From positions 1 through 56,445 of the forward strand of contig JBBQKV010000001.1 in assembly GCA_038327245.1 (NCBI GenBank): a stretch of DNA of 56,445 bases. Direction: 5' to 3'. This DNA comes from Acidobacteriota bacterium. GTDB lineage: Bacteria > Acidobacteriota > Thermoanaerobaculia > UBA5066 > Gp7-AA6. Positions 8,200 through 16,838 of this stretch are shown in pieces. Below the pieces are notes generated by a model. It searched no databases and was not told where the DNA came from. It worked only from the letters and a program-made list of their open reading frames with translations. The first letter of the stretch is position 1. Each line of letters starts with the position of its first letter. The translations under genes were made by a program, and so were the position numbers.

Positions 8200-10670
8200 G
8201 GCGTGCTGCCGCCGGTCGTCGCCGTTTCGCGGCGCACCCCGCCGGCGCCGGTCGCGGCCTGATCGAGCGCTCTCCCATCCCCGCCCTCCTCCGGAGTGAG
8301 CACCCGCATCGGCGGCGGATACGGAATGTCCAGAAACCGCGCCGGTCCGACGCGCGCCGGCTTCCCTTGTGCCGCGAGCTTGAGCGCCGCAAGCACCTTC
8401 TCGGGCGTCACGGGGATCTCGTCGATGCGGACCCCGACCGCGTCGTACACGGCGTTGGCGACCGCCGGCGGGATGGGAAGGAGCGGTCCCTGCCCCACCT
8501 CTTTCGCTCCGAACGGGCCGTTGGGGTCCGGGTCCTCGATCAGGAAAGTGACGACGTCGCTCATTTCCTTCGTCGTCGGGCTCTTGTACTCCAGCAGCGA
8601 GGGGAACTTGTGCACGACGTTGCCGTTGACGCCGGAGCGATACGCCATCTCTTCCATCATCGCCTCGCCGAGGCCCATGTACACGGACCCCTCGACCTGG
8701 CCGACGACGAGGACCGGGTTGATGCACTTTCCGACGTCGTGCGCGATCCACACTGTGGGCACGGTGTAGATGCCGGTCGCGGGGTCGACGTCGACCTCCA
8801 CGATCGCCGCGGAATACGAGTAGGCGGGGGACGGCCCCACGCCGGCTCCCCGGTAGCGTCCGGCGGAGGGGGGCGGAGAGTACGAGCCGACCGTCCCGAT
8901 CGTCCCGAACTTCGACTCCGCGAGGACGACCGCCTCCGCGAACGACATCCCGGCATCCGGATCCTCGACGTCGAAGACGCGCCCTTCCGCCAGAGCGACG
9001 CGGGTCTTCGAAACCGAGAGCCTGGCCGCGGCCGCCTCGACGAGGAGCTCCCGCGCCCGCTCCGCGGCCTGCAGGGCGGCGTTGCCCGTCATGAGCGTCA
9101 CGCGCGACGAGTACGAGCCGAGGTCGACCGGCGTCAGATCCGTGTCTCCGGTCACGATGCGGATGTCGAACGGATCGACGCCGAGGACCTCCGCGACCAC
9201 GTAAGCCAGGACCGAGTCGCTCCCCTGCCCGATGTCGGTGGAGCCGCAGAAGACCGTGACTCCCCCGCTGCGGTCGAGCTTCAGCTGCACGCCCGACTGC
9301 GGCATGGAGTTCCAGTAGATGGGAAGTCCCGCGCCGCAGATGTAGGAGGAGCACGCCAGGCCGAGCCCCTTCCCGAACGGCATCCGGCCTCGGCGCTCGC
9401 GCCAGCCGGAAGCCTCGACGACCCGGTCGATGCAGGCGCCGAGTCCCATCGACCCCACCCGCAGGAAGTTCGCCGTGACGGAGCCGGGCTCGACGAGCTG
9501 CGCCTTGCGCATCTCGGCCGGATCGAGCGAGAGGTCGCAGGCGATCTTGTCGAGCTGCGCCTCCAGCGCGAATCGCGGCTGCGGAGTTCCGTGGCCGCGC
9601 TTCGGGCCGCACGGCGGCTTGTTCGTGAAGACGCGCGCGCCGTCGAACCGATACGCGGGCACGCGATACGTCACGGTCTGGAGTGCTCCCGTGTAGTACG
9701 TCGAGGCGACTCCGTACGAGCCGTATCCTCCGCCGTCCAGCACCGTCTGGAAGTGCATGGCCGTGATCGCGCCGTCGCTCTTCACGCCGGTCTTCACGCG
9801 CATGAGCGTGGGGTGGCGGCCCCGGTGGCAGTAGAAGACCTCCTCGCGGGTCAGGCAGATCTTCACGGGCCGGCCCGTCACCCGGGAGAGGTGAGCCACC
9901 ACGATCTCGTGGTTGAAGGGGTCCGACTTGCCGCCGAAGCCGCCGCCGTTCGGCGTGGCGATCACGCGGATGCGCGGCGCGGGCATGCCGAGGACCTTCG
10001 CGAGCGCGCGATGGACGTAGTGCGGTGTCTGCGTCGAGGTCCAGACCGTCAGCTTGCCGTCCGGGCCGAAATCCGCGACCGCGGCGTGCTGCTCGATCGG
10101 CAGGTGGGTCGAGCCCTCGTAGAAGAAGAGGTCGTCGTAGATGCGGTCCGCGTCCGCGAATCCCTTCCCGGTGTCGCCGAACTCCATCGAGACGAGCTTG
10201 TGAAAGTTGCCCGCGTCGCCGTAGTCGTGGATGCGGGGCTCCGGACGGGCGATCGCGTCCTCGATCGAACCGATCGGCGGCAGGGGCGCGTACTCGACGT
10301 CGATCGCGCCGAGCGCCTCGAACGCGGCGTCTTCGTCGACCGCCGCCACCGCGGCGACCGGGTCGCCGACGTATCGGACGCGGTCGGGGCAGAGCGCGTG
10401 CTCGTCCTGGGAAACGGGAAGGATTCCGAAGGAGACCGGCAGGTCCCGTCCGGTGGCCACCGCGACGACTCCCGGCATCGCGAGGGCCCGCGTCGCGTCC
10501 ACGCGCAGGAGGCGGGCGTGCGCCACCTTCGAACGGAGGAGCTTGCAGTGGAGCATCCGGGGGAGGAAGACGTCATCCGCGAACTTCGTCTGGCCCGTCA
10601 CTTTCGCCGCGGCGTCGACCTTGACATAGGGGCGGCCGACTATGCGGGTGGGCTTGCCAGATCTCGCCAT
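8196..10670 (-). CDS. Molybdopterin-binding large subunit (xanthine dehydrogenase / aldehyde oxidase family)
   Basis: Track ORF trimmed to ATG 10670 (MARSGKPTRIVGRPYVKVDAAAKVTGQTKFADD, a typical N-terminus), which overlaps the small-subunit stop (ATGA). Family-typical motifs GGGFGGK and GQGS are present. Confidence 0.9.
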   Translation of the reverse strand: MARSGKPTRIVGRPYVKVDAAAKVTGQTKFADDVFLPRMLHCKLLRSKVAHARLLRVDATRALAMPGVVAVATGRDLPVSFGILPVSQDEHALCPDRVRYVGDPVAAVAAVDEDAAFEALGAIDVEYAPLPPIGSIEDAIARPEPRIHDYGDAGNFHKLVSMEFGDTGKGFADADRIYDDLFFYEGSTHLPIEQHAAVADFGPDGKLTVWTSTQTPHYVHRALAKVLGMPAPRIRVIATPNGGGFGGKSDPFNHEIVVAHLSRVTGRPVKICLTREEVFYCHRGRHPTLMRVKTGVKSDGAITAMHFQTVLDGGGYGSYGVASTYYTGALQTVTYRVPAYRFDGARVFTNKPPCGPKRGHGTPQPRFALEAQLDKIACDLSLDPAEMRKAQLVEPGSVTANFLRVGSMGLGACIDRVVEASGWRERRGRMPFGKGLGLACSSYICGAGLPIYWNSMPQSGVQLKLDRSGGVTVFCGSTDIGQGSDSVLAYVVAEVLGVDPFDIRIVTGDTDLTPVDLGSYSSRVTLMTGNAALQAAERARELLVEAAAARLSVSKTRVALAEGRVFDVEDPDAGMSFAEAVVLAESKFGTIGTVGSYSPPPSAGRYRGAGVGPSPAYSYSAAIVEVDVDPATGIYTVPTVWIAHDVGKCINPVLVVGQVEGSVYMGLGEAMMEEMAYRSGVNGNVVHKFPSLLEYKSPTTKEMSDVVTFLIEDPDPNGPFGAKEVGQGPLLPIPPAVANAVYDAVGVRIDEIPVTPEKVLAALKLAAQGKPARVGPARFLDIPYPPPMRVLTPEEGGDGRALDQAATGAGGVRRETATTGGSTP

Positions 10671-11260
10671 CAGCGCGGACTCCGGACGACCGGCAGGAGA
10701 TTGCTCTCGTCGAAGCCAGTCCCGTAGAGCGACTCGCGGCGCGGCGCGGCATCCTCGCCGCGCATCCAGGCGGCGGCGAGCTCGACGGCTTCGAAGATCT
10801 TGACGTACCCGGTGCACCGGCAGAGATTTCCGGCGAGTGCTTCCCGGACCTCGGGAAGCGTCGGAGCGGCGTTGGAGTCGAGGAGCGCCTTCGCGGTCAG
10901 AAGAAACGCGGGAGTGCAGTATCCGCACTGCGCCGCTCCCAGGTCCGCGAACGCCCTTTGGAGAGGGTGCAGCCCGGAGGCCGACGCCATTCCCTCCACC
11001 GTTTCGACGCGCCTCCCCTCGCACTCGAGGCCCAGGTAGAGACACGACAGGACGGGCCGGCCGTCGACCAGCACCGCGCAGGTACCGCATTCGCCCAACT
11101 CGCAGCCGTGCTTGGTCCCGGTCAGGGCGAGGTCTTCGCGCAGAACCTCCAGGAGGGTCTTGTGCGGCGCGAAAGCGACCTCGACCGCCTCGCCGTTGAC
11201 GTGAAATCCGACGTGGGCCTTCGCTCGCTCGGACGGAGTAAAGATCACGGAGTCGTCCAT
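10670..11260 (-). CDS. [2Fe-2S]-binding small subunit (CoxS/HcrC-like)
   Basis: Plant-type cluster motif GCELGECGTCAVLVDG and second cluster motif QCGYCTPAFLL...LCRCTGY. Confidence 0.9.
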   Translation of the reverse strand: MDDSVIFTPSERAKAHVGFHVNGEAVEVAFAPHKTLLEVLREDLALTGTKHGCELGECGTCAVLVDGRPVLSCLYLGLECEGRRVETVEGMASASGLHPLQRAFADLGAAQCGYCTPAFLLTAKALLDSNAAPTLPEVREALAGNLCRCTGYVKIFEAVELAAAWMRGEDAAPRRESLYGTGFDESNLLPVVRSPR

Positions 11261-11321
11261 GTCCGGACGAGTCTAAGCCTCTTGTTTGGAAAGGAAAAGA
11301 GACGTTGGATTGACCGACCGG

Positions 11322-13133
11322 TCAGTTAATCTTTGGCGCCACCTTCTCCCGGGCGATCCACTCGTCAATGCGGGTCTCGAGGATGTCGAGCGGCAGGGCG
11401 CCCGAGAGCAGCACGGCATCGTGGAACTTCCGGATGTCAAACCGGTCGCCGAGCTCGCGCTTCGCGCGCGCCTTCAGCTCCTTGAACTTGAACTCCCCGA
11501 TCTTGTAAGCGAGCGCCTGGCCGGGCCACACGATGTAGCGGTCCACCTCGACGGTGATGTCGTGCTCGGTCTTCGCGGTGTTCGCCTTCATGTAGTCGAT
11601 CGCCCGCTGCCGGTCCCACTTGAAGGCGTGCATTCCCGTGTCGACGACCAGGCGGGTCGCCCGCCACATCTCGTAGGTGAGCTGGCCGAACTTCGAGTAC
11701 GGGTCGGTGTAGAAGCCCATCTCGCCGCCGAGGCTTTCGGAGTAGAGGCCCCACCCCTCGGTGAAGGCGGTGAACCCCGCGTGCCGCCGGAACTTCGGAA
11801 GCCCCGTGAGCTCCTGCGCCAGCGAGATCTGGAGGTGATGGCCGGGGACCGCCTCGTGGATAGTCAAGGCCTCCATCTCGTACCTGGGCCGGGTCTCCAG
11901 CTTGAACGTGTTCGCGACGAAGTACCCGGGGCGCTGCGCCTCGAACGAACCCGGGCGGTAGTACGCGGTCGTGGACGTCGGAGCCTCGAAGTCGGGCGTC
12001 GGAATGACGCCGTACGGGGTGCGGGGAAGCGTCCCGAAGAACCGGATCAGCTCCGGATCGATGCGCTTGCAGATGTCCCGGTAGCCCGTCAAGAGCGCGT
12101 CCGGCGTCTTGTAGTAGAAGCGCGGGTCCGTCCGGAGGAACTTCAGAAAGGCGTCGAAGTTTCCCTTGAACCTGACCTGCCGGATGATCTCCTCCATCTG
12201 CTTTCGGATGCGTGCAACCTCGGCCAGGCCCGTTTCGTGGATTTCCTTTGCGGTCTTGTCGGTCGTGGTGTGCAGCCGGATCGTGTACGCGTAGTACGCC
12301 TCGCCGTCGGGCAACGCCCACGCGCCGACGTCCTTGCGCGCCGCGGGCAGGTAGTCCCGCGAGAAATACGTGTAGAGCTTCAGGTAGGCGGGGAAGACGT
12401 CGTTCGCGATCCGGCGGCGGCCTTCGATCCGGAGAGCTTCCCGATCCGCCTCCGAAACCCCCTCCGGGAAGCGGGTGAACGGTTTCCAGTGAGCGCTCTT
12501 TTCGGGATCGGGAGAGATCTGCGCCCGGATCGCGTCCGGGATCTCGCGCAGGGCGATGGCCGGCGGAATCCAGCCCTTCTTCTTTCCCCCGTCCATCAGG
12601 GCGATCGTCTGGTCCACCAGCTTCGGAAAAGCGGAGAGCCGGGCCAGGTAGTCGCGGTAGTCCTTCGCGTTCGAGAACCGGGTCAGGCCGGAAAGGATCG
12701 CGAATTGCGTGTGGATCCCGTCCTGCTGGTTGATCGGCATGAGCTCCGTCGGGAACCGATCTCCATCGATCGAAGTCTCGAGCTCGCGCAGGAAAACGTC
12801 GTAGGACAGGCGGTCGTCCTCGGAGAGGCCGTCCCGGCCGATCTTCTTCAGTCGCGCGAGCGTTTCCTTCCTGTGCGCCTTCCGCCGCTCGATCGCCTCG
12901 GTCGAGAGGTCCGTCAACCGGTCGTTGTACCGGGGATCGCCGAGAAGCGTGGCGCGCTCCGGGTACTCGCGCAGCCCCCACTCCCACTCGTCGTCGAAGA
13001 GCTTCGCGAGATCCTTTGCCGCCGCGGCGCTCTTCGCAGCGGCCGCGGACGCCTTCGGGCGCGCCGTCTTCACCGGGCCAACCGCCCCGAGAATCGTCGG
13101 AAAGATGAGGAGAAGAACGGCTCGAAAAAGCAT
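11322..13133 (-). CDS. DUF885-family secreted protein (metallopeptidase-like HExxGHH)
   Basis: 603-aa ORF. Signal peptide MLFRAVLLLIFPTILGAVG. Motif HEAVPGHHLQ. Length and layout match DUF885 as I remember it. Confidence 0.8.
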   Translation of the reverse strand: MLFRAVLLLIFPTILGAVGPVKTARPKASAAAAKSAAAAKDLAKLFDDEWEWGLREYPERATLLGDPRYNDRLTDLSTEAIERRKAHRKETLARLKKIGRDGLSEDDRLSYDVFLRELETSIDGDRFPTELMPINQQDGIHTQFAILSGLTRFSNAKDYRDYLARLSAFPKLVDQTIALMDGGKKKGWIPPAIALREIPDAIRAQISPDPEKSAHWKPFTRFPEGVSEADREALRIEGRRRIANDVFPAYLKLYTYFSRDYLPAARKDVGAWALPDGEAYYAYTIRLHTTTDKTAKEIHETGLAEVARIRKQMEEIIRQVRFKGNFDAFLKFLRTDPRFYYKTPDALLTGYRDICKRIDPELIRFFGTLPRTPYGVIPTPDFEAPTSTTAYYRPGSFEAQRPGYFVANTFKLETRPRYEMEALTIHEAVPGHHLQISLAQELTGLPKFRRHAGFTAFTEGWGLYSESLGGEMGFYTDPYSKFGQLTYEMWRATRLVVDTGMHAFKWDRQRAIDYMKANTAKTEHDITVEVDRYIVWPGQALAYKIGEFKFKELKARAKRELGDRFDIRKFHDAVLLSGALPLDILETRIDEWIAREKVAPKIN

Positions 13134-13146
13134 TGCGGTCCCCTTT

Positions 13147-13177
13147 CGTGTCCCGTGTTCCGTGTTCCGTGTTCCGT
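13147..13177. repeat. CGTGTYC heptamer array (GGRACAC on the minus strand), 4 units
   Basis: cgtgtcc cgtgttc cgtgttc cgtgttc cgtccgg. On the minus strand it abuts the RBS and ATG of the DUF885 gene (GGAACACGGGACACGAAAGGGGACCGCAATG). Confidence 0.8.
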
Positions 13178-13287
13178 CCGGTCACGCGTCGGCGGCGATC
13201 GCGCGGGCAGTCGCGGCCGGAAAGCCATCCGGCGGGAACTCTAATCGGCCCGAACCGGCCGCGCCAGAAAAACGGAGCGTTGATCCC

Positions 13288-13320
13288 AAAAAGAAAAGCC
13301 CCGCCGGAGCGGGGCTTTTT
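13288..13320 (-). terminator. Rho-independent terminator after the OmpA-family gene
   Basis: GCCCCGC-tccg-GCGGGGC followed by TTTTCTTTTT on the minus strand, 18 nt after the stop at 13338. There is also a T-run on the plus side. Confidence 0.75.
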
Positions 13321-13337
13321 CGGAGTGACGGTTGGAT

Positions 13338-14381
13338 CTAACGGGCGGGGATCGTCACGACGATGACCGCCTTGCTCCGGTTGGAGGCGTCGTTCAGGTC
13401 GGTTGCGGTCGTGATGCGCGCGGCGTCGATCGAGTGGCGATCGACCAGGTACGCCTTGGCGTTCTCGGCGCGCTGGCGGGCGAGCGTTTCGCGCCGGGAT
13501 GCCGCGGTGCCGTCGTCCGGGTAGCCGGTGATGACGACGGTCGCCATCGGGTTTTCCCGAAGCCGCAGCGCGACGGCGTCGAGGCGGGCCTTGGCGATGT
13601 TCGTGATGCGCGCGCTGCCCCGGTCGAAGTCGATGGTGTCCGTCGTGGGAGCCGGCGGCGGCGGCGGAGCCACGACCGGCGGAGCCGGCGGCTGCATCGG
13701 CGCGGGAGCCTCCTCGGGCGGAGCCGGCGGCGCGGGGGGCGGCGGCGGAGCCGGCGGGGGCGCGATCACGGTCGGCGCGGCGTGCCCGCCGAAGTGGAGC
13801 AGGAGGCCGACCGTCGGCTCGTAATCAATGCGGCGGGCCTGCGTGAACTTGCCGAACCGGTCCTCGAGGTCCGTCTCGAAGCTGTAGTTGCCGCGGAACT
13901 CGAGGCGGAGCCCGACCAGCTTGTTGAAGCGGTACTCGGAGCCCAGGGCGAGGTAGGCGATCGGAACCGCGTCGTTTCCGAATGGATGAGCCTGGGATAC
14001 GCCGCCGCCGAAGCCGAGGTACGTATTCCACCCCGGATATCTCGGCGTGAAGTCGTAGAGGCCGCCGAGCGTGAGCTCCCAGAAGCTCGGCCGCAGGTTG
14101 ATGTAGTTGGCAGTGAGCTCGAGCGCGAAGTGGTTCGACAGGAACGCGCCCAATCTTCCGCCGTACTTGATGTAGTCGTCCTGGTCGACATCGCAGTTGC
14201 AGCGGAAGTCGTCGTTGGAAATGAAGTCGTAGCCGATGTGCGGACCGATGTAGACCTCGCCGGCGAGGTCCGTCGACGGGATCACGCGATCGCTCACATC
14301 GTAGGTCTGCGCCGACGCATACCCCGTCGCGAGGAGGAGCGCGATCGCCGCTGTCAGGATTCCCGATCTCATTTTGCTCAT
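13338..14381 (-). CDS. OmpA-family outer-membrane protein (beta-barrel + Pro/Ala linker + OmpA_C domain)
   Basis: Start set to ATG 14381 (MSKMRSGILTAAIALLLATGYASAQ) after GGAGG. Linker APPPAPPPPPAPPAPPEEAPAP. C-terminal OmpA-like module (ITGYPDD...RRETLARQRAENAKAYLV). Confidence 0.85.
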   Translation of the reverse strand: MSKMRSGILTAAIALLLATGYASAQTYDVSDRVIPSTDLAGEVYIGPHIGYDFISNDDFRCNCDVDQDDYIKYGGRLGAFLSNHFALELTANYINLRPSFWELTLGGLYDFTPRYPGWNTYLGFGGGVSQAHPFGNDAVPIAYLALGSEYRFNKLVGLRLEFRGNYSFETDLEDRFGKFTQARRIDYEPTVGLLLHFGGHAAPTVIAPPPAPPPPPAPPAPPEEAPAPMQPPAPPVVAPPPPPAPTTDTIDFDRGSARITNIAKARLDAVALRLRENPMATVVITGYPDDGTAASRRETLARQRAENAKAYLVDRHSIDAARITTATDLNDASNRSKAVIVVTIPAR

Positions 14382-14407
14382 CTTCAAGCCTCCGCGCGAA
14401 TGCGCTC

Positions 14408-16615
14408 TCAACATTTGTTCAGGAACATGAAGCCGGTTGCAGCCTGTCCCGTGGTCAGAGTGATCGTGTAGGTGCCCGGAGCGCCCGTCGTGCCCGGGAA
14501 CGTCTGGAAGAAGTTCGGGGGCAGGATTTCCGAGAGGACGTAGGTGCCCGCCGGAAGGTTCGAGAACGTGAAGTTGCCGCTCGCGTCGGAGGTGGCCGTC
14601 CGCACCGTTCCGGCGGCGTCGCGCAGCTCGAACACGATGCCCTCGAAGCCCCGATCCGTGCCGTCGAACACGCCGTTGCCGTCGATGTCCAGGATCTTCC
14701 GTCCCGTGATCGAGCCGGTATCGCTGCCCGCGACCGTCGCCTGGTTTCCGAACAGGAAATTGGGCGCCGTCTGTCCGGTGGTCAGGGGCACGGTGAACGT
14801 TCCGGGAGCCGCCGGCGCCGTCTGGGTGAACCCGTTCGGCACGACCTCGGCCAGGGTATAGGTCCCGGCGGCGAGGCCCGTGAACGAGAACGCCCCCGAG
14901 GCGTCGCTGGTCGTCGTCTTCACCGTTCCGGAAGCATCCGTGACATTGATCGAGACGCCCGCAAGACCGGGCTCGCCGGAGTCCCGCACCCCATTGCCAT
15001 TGACGTCGTTGAACTTCACACCGCTGATCGTTCCGGTCAGGGCGCGGTTGCCGAAGAGGTTGCCGGCCGACGTGCGGTTCGCGAAGTTGATCGGGACCGA
15101 GATCGTTCCGGGCACCGCCGGCGCGGTCTGGGCGAACCCGGGCGGCACGGTTTCGTTCAGGGTGAAGCTGCCGAATGGCACGTTGGCGAAGGTGAAGTTA
15201 CCCTGCGCGTCCGTCACGACCGACAGGTTGGCGCCCGCCGGATCATTGATCGAAGACGTCCGGGTGATCGTCACGCCCGCCAGTCCGGGCTCGCCGGCGT
15301 CCCGCACTCCGTTCGCATTCGTGTCGAGGAACTTCGTTCCGGTGATCGTTCCGGTAAGAATGCCGCGGAAGTTCCCGAACTCGTTGGCGATCGAGCTGCC
15401 TCCCGAAGCGAGCGTCACCGGGATCGAGTTCAGGGCCGGAACCGTCAGCGAAAAGCCGGCCCGCTGGGTTTCGGAAAGGACGAAGCTGCCCGGCGTGACG
15501 TTGGTGAAGAGGAAGTGGCCGCTTTCGTCGGTCACGGCGGTCTGCAGCGGCGGAGCGCCCGAGGAGGGCGGAGAGAGGCTGATCGTGAAGCCGGCGAGGC
15601 CCGGCTCGCCGGGGTCGCGGACTCCGTTCGCGTTCAGGTCCTCGAACTTGATCCCCCCGATGGCGTTGGGGATGAGCTGATTTCCGAAGTCGAGGCCGCT
15701 GAAGTTGGCGTCGCAGGCATCGACGAAGAACCCGAAGTCCCGCGCGATGAGCCGCCGCGAGAGCCGGTCATCCAGCGGCGCGGTCTGCTGAAAGCCGAAC
15801 GGGAGGGCCTCGGTGATCCGGAACTCGTCCCCCTGCGAGAGGCCGCACACCTGGAAGGCGCCGTCGGCGCCGGTCAGACCGCGGAGACGGGCTCCCGAAT
15901 CTCCCTCGGCAATGATCTCGACGCCGGTCAGACCCGGCTCACCCGAGTCGCGCACGCCGTTGCCGTTGCGGTCCTCGAACTTGACGCCCGAGACGCAGAA
16001 GGAGTCCTCGCAGAACCGCTTGTCTTCCACGCGGAACGCCGAGGTCATCGAGAATTCGGGACGGAAGCCGTGGAAGCAACCGTCGCCGCAGACCGGATCG
16101 ATCTGGGTCGGGTCCCCGCCGAAGCGGCCGATCGGCGTCAGCCAGAGCAGGTAGGAAGCCTCCCGGGAGCCCGCGTCGCGGAACGGCGCGAGCCCCACGG
16201 AAAGCGCGCCGCACGGGCCGGTGACCGGAGCGGCCTCCGTCTCTTCTCCCTCCGGGACGTCCTCCGAGATCTCGGCGCTGTTGGTGTCATGCGTGTGCCC
16301 GTTGTAGGTCGTGAGCACGCCGTTGTGCACCGTGACGATTCTCTCCGCGACCGGGTCCGAGGAGAGGAGCTCTCTGCCGGAGAGGTCCGTCACCTGGAAG
16401 TAGTACTGGCCGTCGTTGACGAACTGAATGGCGGCGCAGGGGGTCGCCGTCGGACCGGCCGTGAAGAACACTTCGCTCTTGTCGGCGAAGAGGGTTTGCG
16501 CGGCGCCGCTCTCGGTCGTCGTCGTGACGGAACCGGGAAGCTGCGCCAGGACGGGGAGTGAACAGAACAGGAGACCGAGACCGATCGCGGCGACTGAGAA
16601 TCGCACCCGATTCAT
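14408..16615 (-). CDS. Large secreted protein with about 5-6 SdrD-B/Cna-B-like repeats
   Basis: Start set to ATG 16615 (MNRVRFSVAAIGLGLLFCSLPVLAQ) after AAGGAAGGGA. Repeated modules of the form G(V/T)KF.D.N.NGVRD.GEPGL.GV.I. Confidence 0.8.
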   Translation of the reverse strand: MNRVRFSVAAIGLGLLFCSLPVLAQLPGSVTTTTESGAAQTLFADKSEVFFTAGPTATPCAAIQFVNDGQYYFQVTDLSGRELLSSDPVAERIVTVHNGVLTTYNGHTHDTNSAEISEDVPEGEETEAAPVTGPCGALSVGLAPFRDAGSREASYLLWLTPIGRFGGDPTQIDPVCGDGCFHGFRPEFSMTSAFRVEDKRFCEDSFCVSGVKFEDRNGNGVRDSGEPGLTGVEIIAEGDSGARLRGLTGADGAFQVCGLSQGDEFRITEALPFGFQQTAPLDDRLSRRLIARDFGFFVDACDANFSGLDFGNQLIPNAIGGIKFEDLNANGVRDPGEPGLAGFTISLSPPSSGAPPLQTAVTDESGHFLFTNVTPGSFVLSETQRAGFSLTVPALNSIPVTLASGGSSIANEFGNFRGILTGTITGTKFLDTNANGVRDAGEPGLAGVTITRTSSINDPAGANLSVVTDAQGNFTFANVPFGSFTLNETVPPGFAQTAPAVPGTISVPINFANRTSAGNLFGNRALTGTISGVKFNDVNGNGVRDSGEPGLAGVSINVTDASGTVKTTTSDASGAFSFTGLAAGTYTLAEVVPNGFTQTAPAAPGTFTVPLTTGQTAPNFLFGNQATVAGSDTGSITGRKILDIDGNGVFDGTDRGFEGIVFELRDAAGTVRTATSDASGNFTFSNLPAGTYVLSEILPPNFFQTFPGTTGAPGTYTITLTTGQAATGFMFLNKC

Positions 16616-16696
16616 TCTGTCCCTTCCTTCCTTCGCTTTCGTTGTAGGGAATCCGAGGTAGTCGTTTGACCCCTCCGCCATCGGACGCACTTTAGC

Positions 16697-16754
16697 AAAG
16701 TCCATGCCCCCTGAGAAGATACCCAAAAGTCCATGCTCCCTGAGAGGATACCCA
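16697..16754. repeat. 29-bp tandem direct repeat (2 copies, 27/29 identical) in a divergent promoter region
   Basis: aaagtccatgccccctgagaagataccca / aaagtccatgctccctgagaggataccca, between the divergently transcribed genes starting at 16615 (-) and 16839 (+). Confidence 0.85.
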
Positions 16755-16838
16755 ATGGATGCGTCCGCTGGCCCAACCCCTGCAGGACGAGCGGCGCAGC
16801 GTGGGACGATAGCGCTTCTCGAACAGAAGGAGGGGTCC

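Noticed and set aside
7064-9612. Long N-terminal extensions of track ORFs 7064..8392 and 7213..9612
   Set aside because: Only the last 328 codons of 7213..9612 (from MMRLPKFHYY) look like a real FAD subunit. The upstream part overlaps the large subunit out of frame.
7596-10727. 1043-aa plus-strand ORF antisense to the molybdoenzyme genes
   Set aside because: This is a shadow ORF. The minus-strand frames contain the FeS, Moco and FAD subunit signatures and ATGA-coupled junctions.
11286-13244. 652-aa plus-strand ORF and 582-aa minus-strand ORF over the DUF885 gene
   Set aside because: They are antisense or alternative-frame shadows. The 11322..13133 frame has a signal peptide and HEAVPGHH.
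13640-13770. GC-rich triplet-like repeats (gccggcgg...) in the OmpA gene, and the gccgcc run at 6768-6795
   Set aside because: They simply encode the Pro/Ala linker and the Gly9 tail. This is low-complexity coding sequence, not independent repeat elements.
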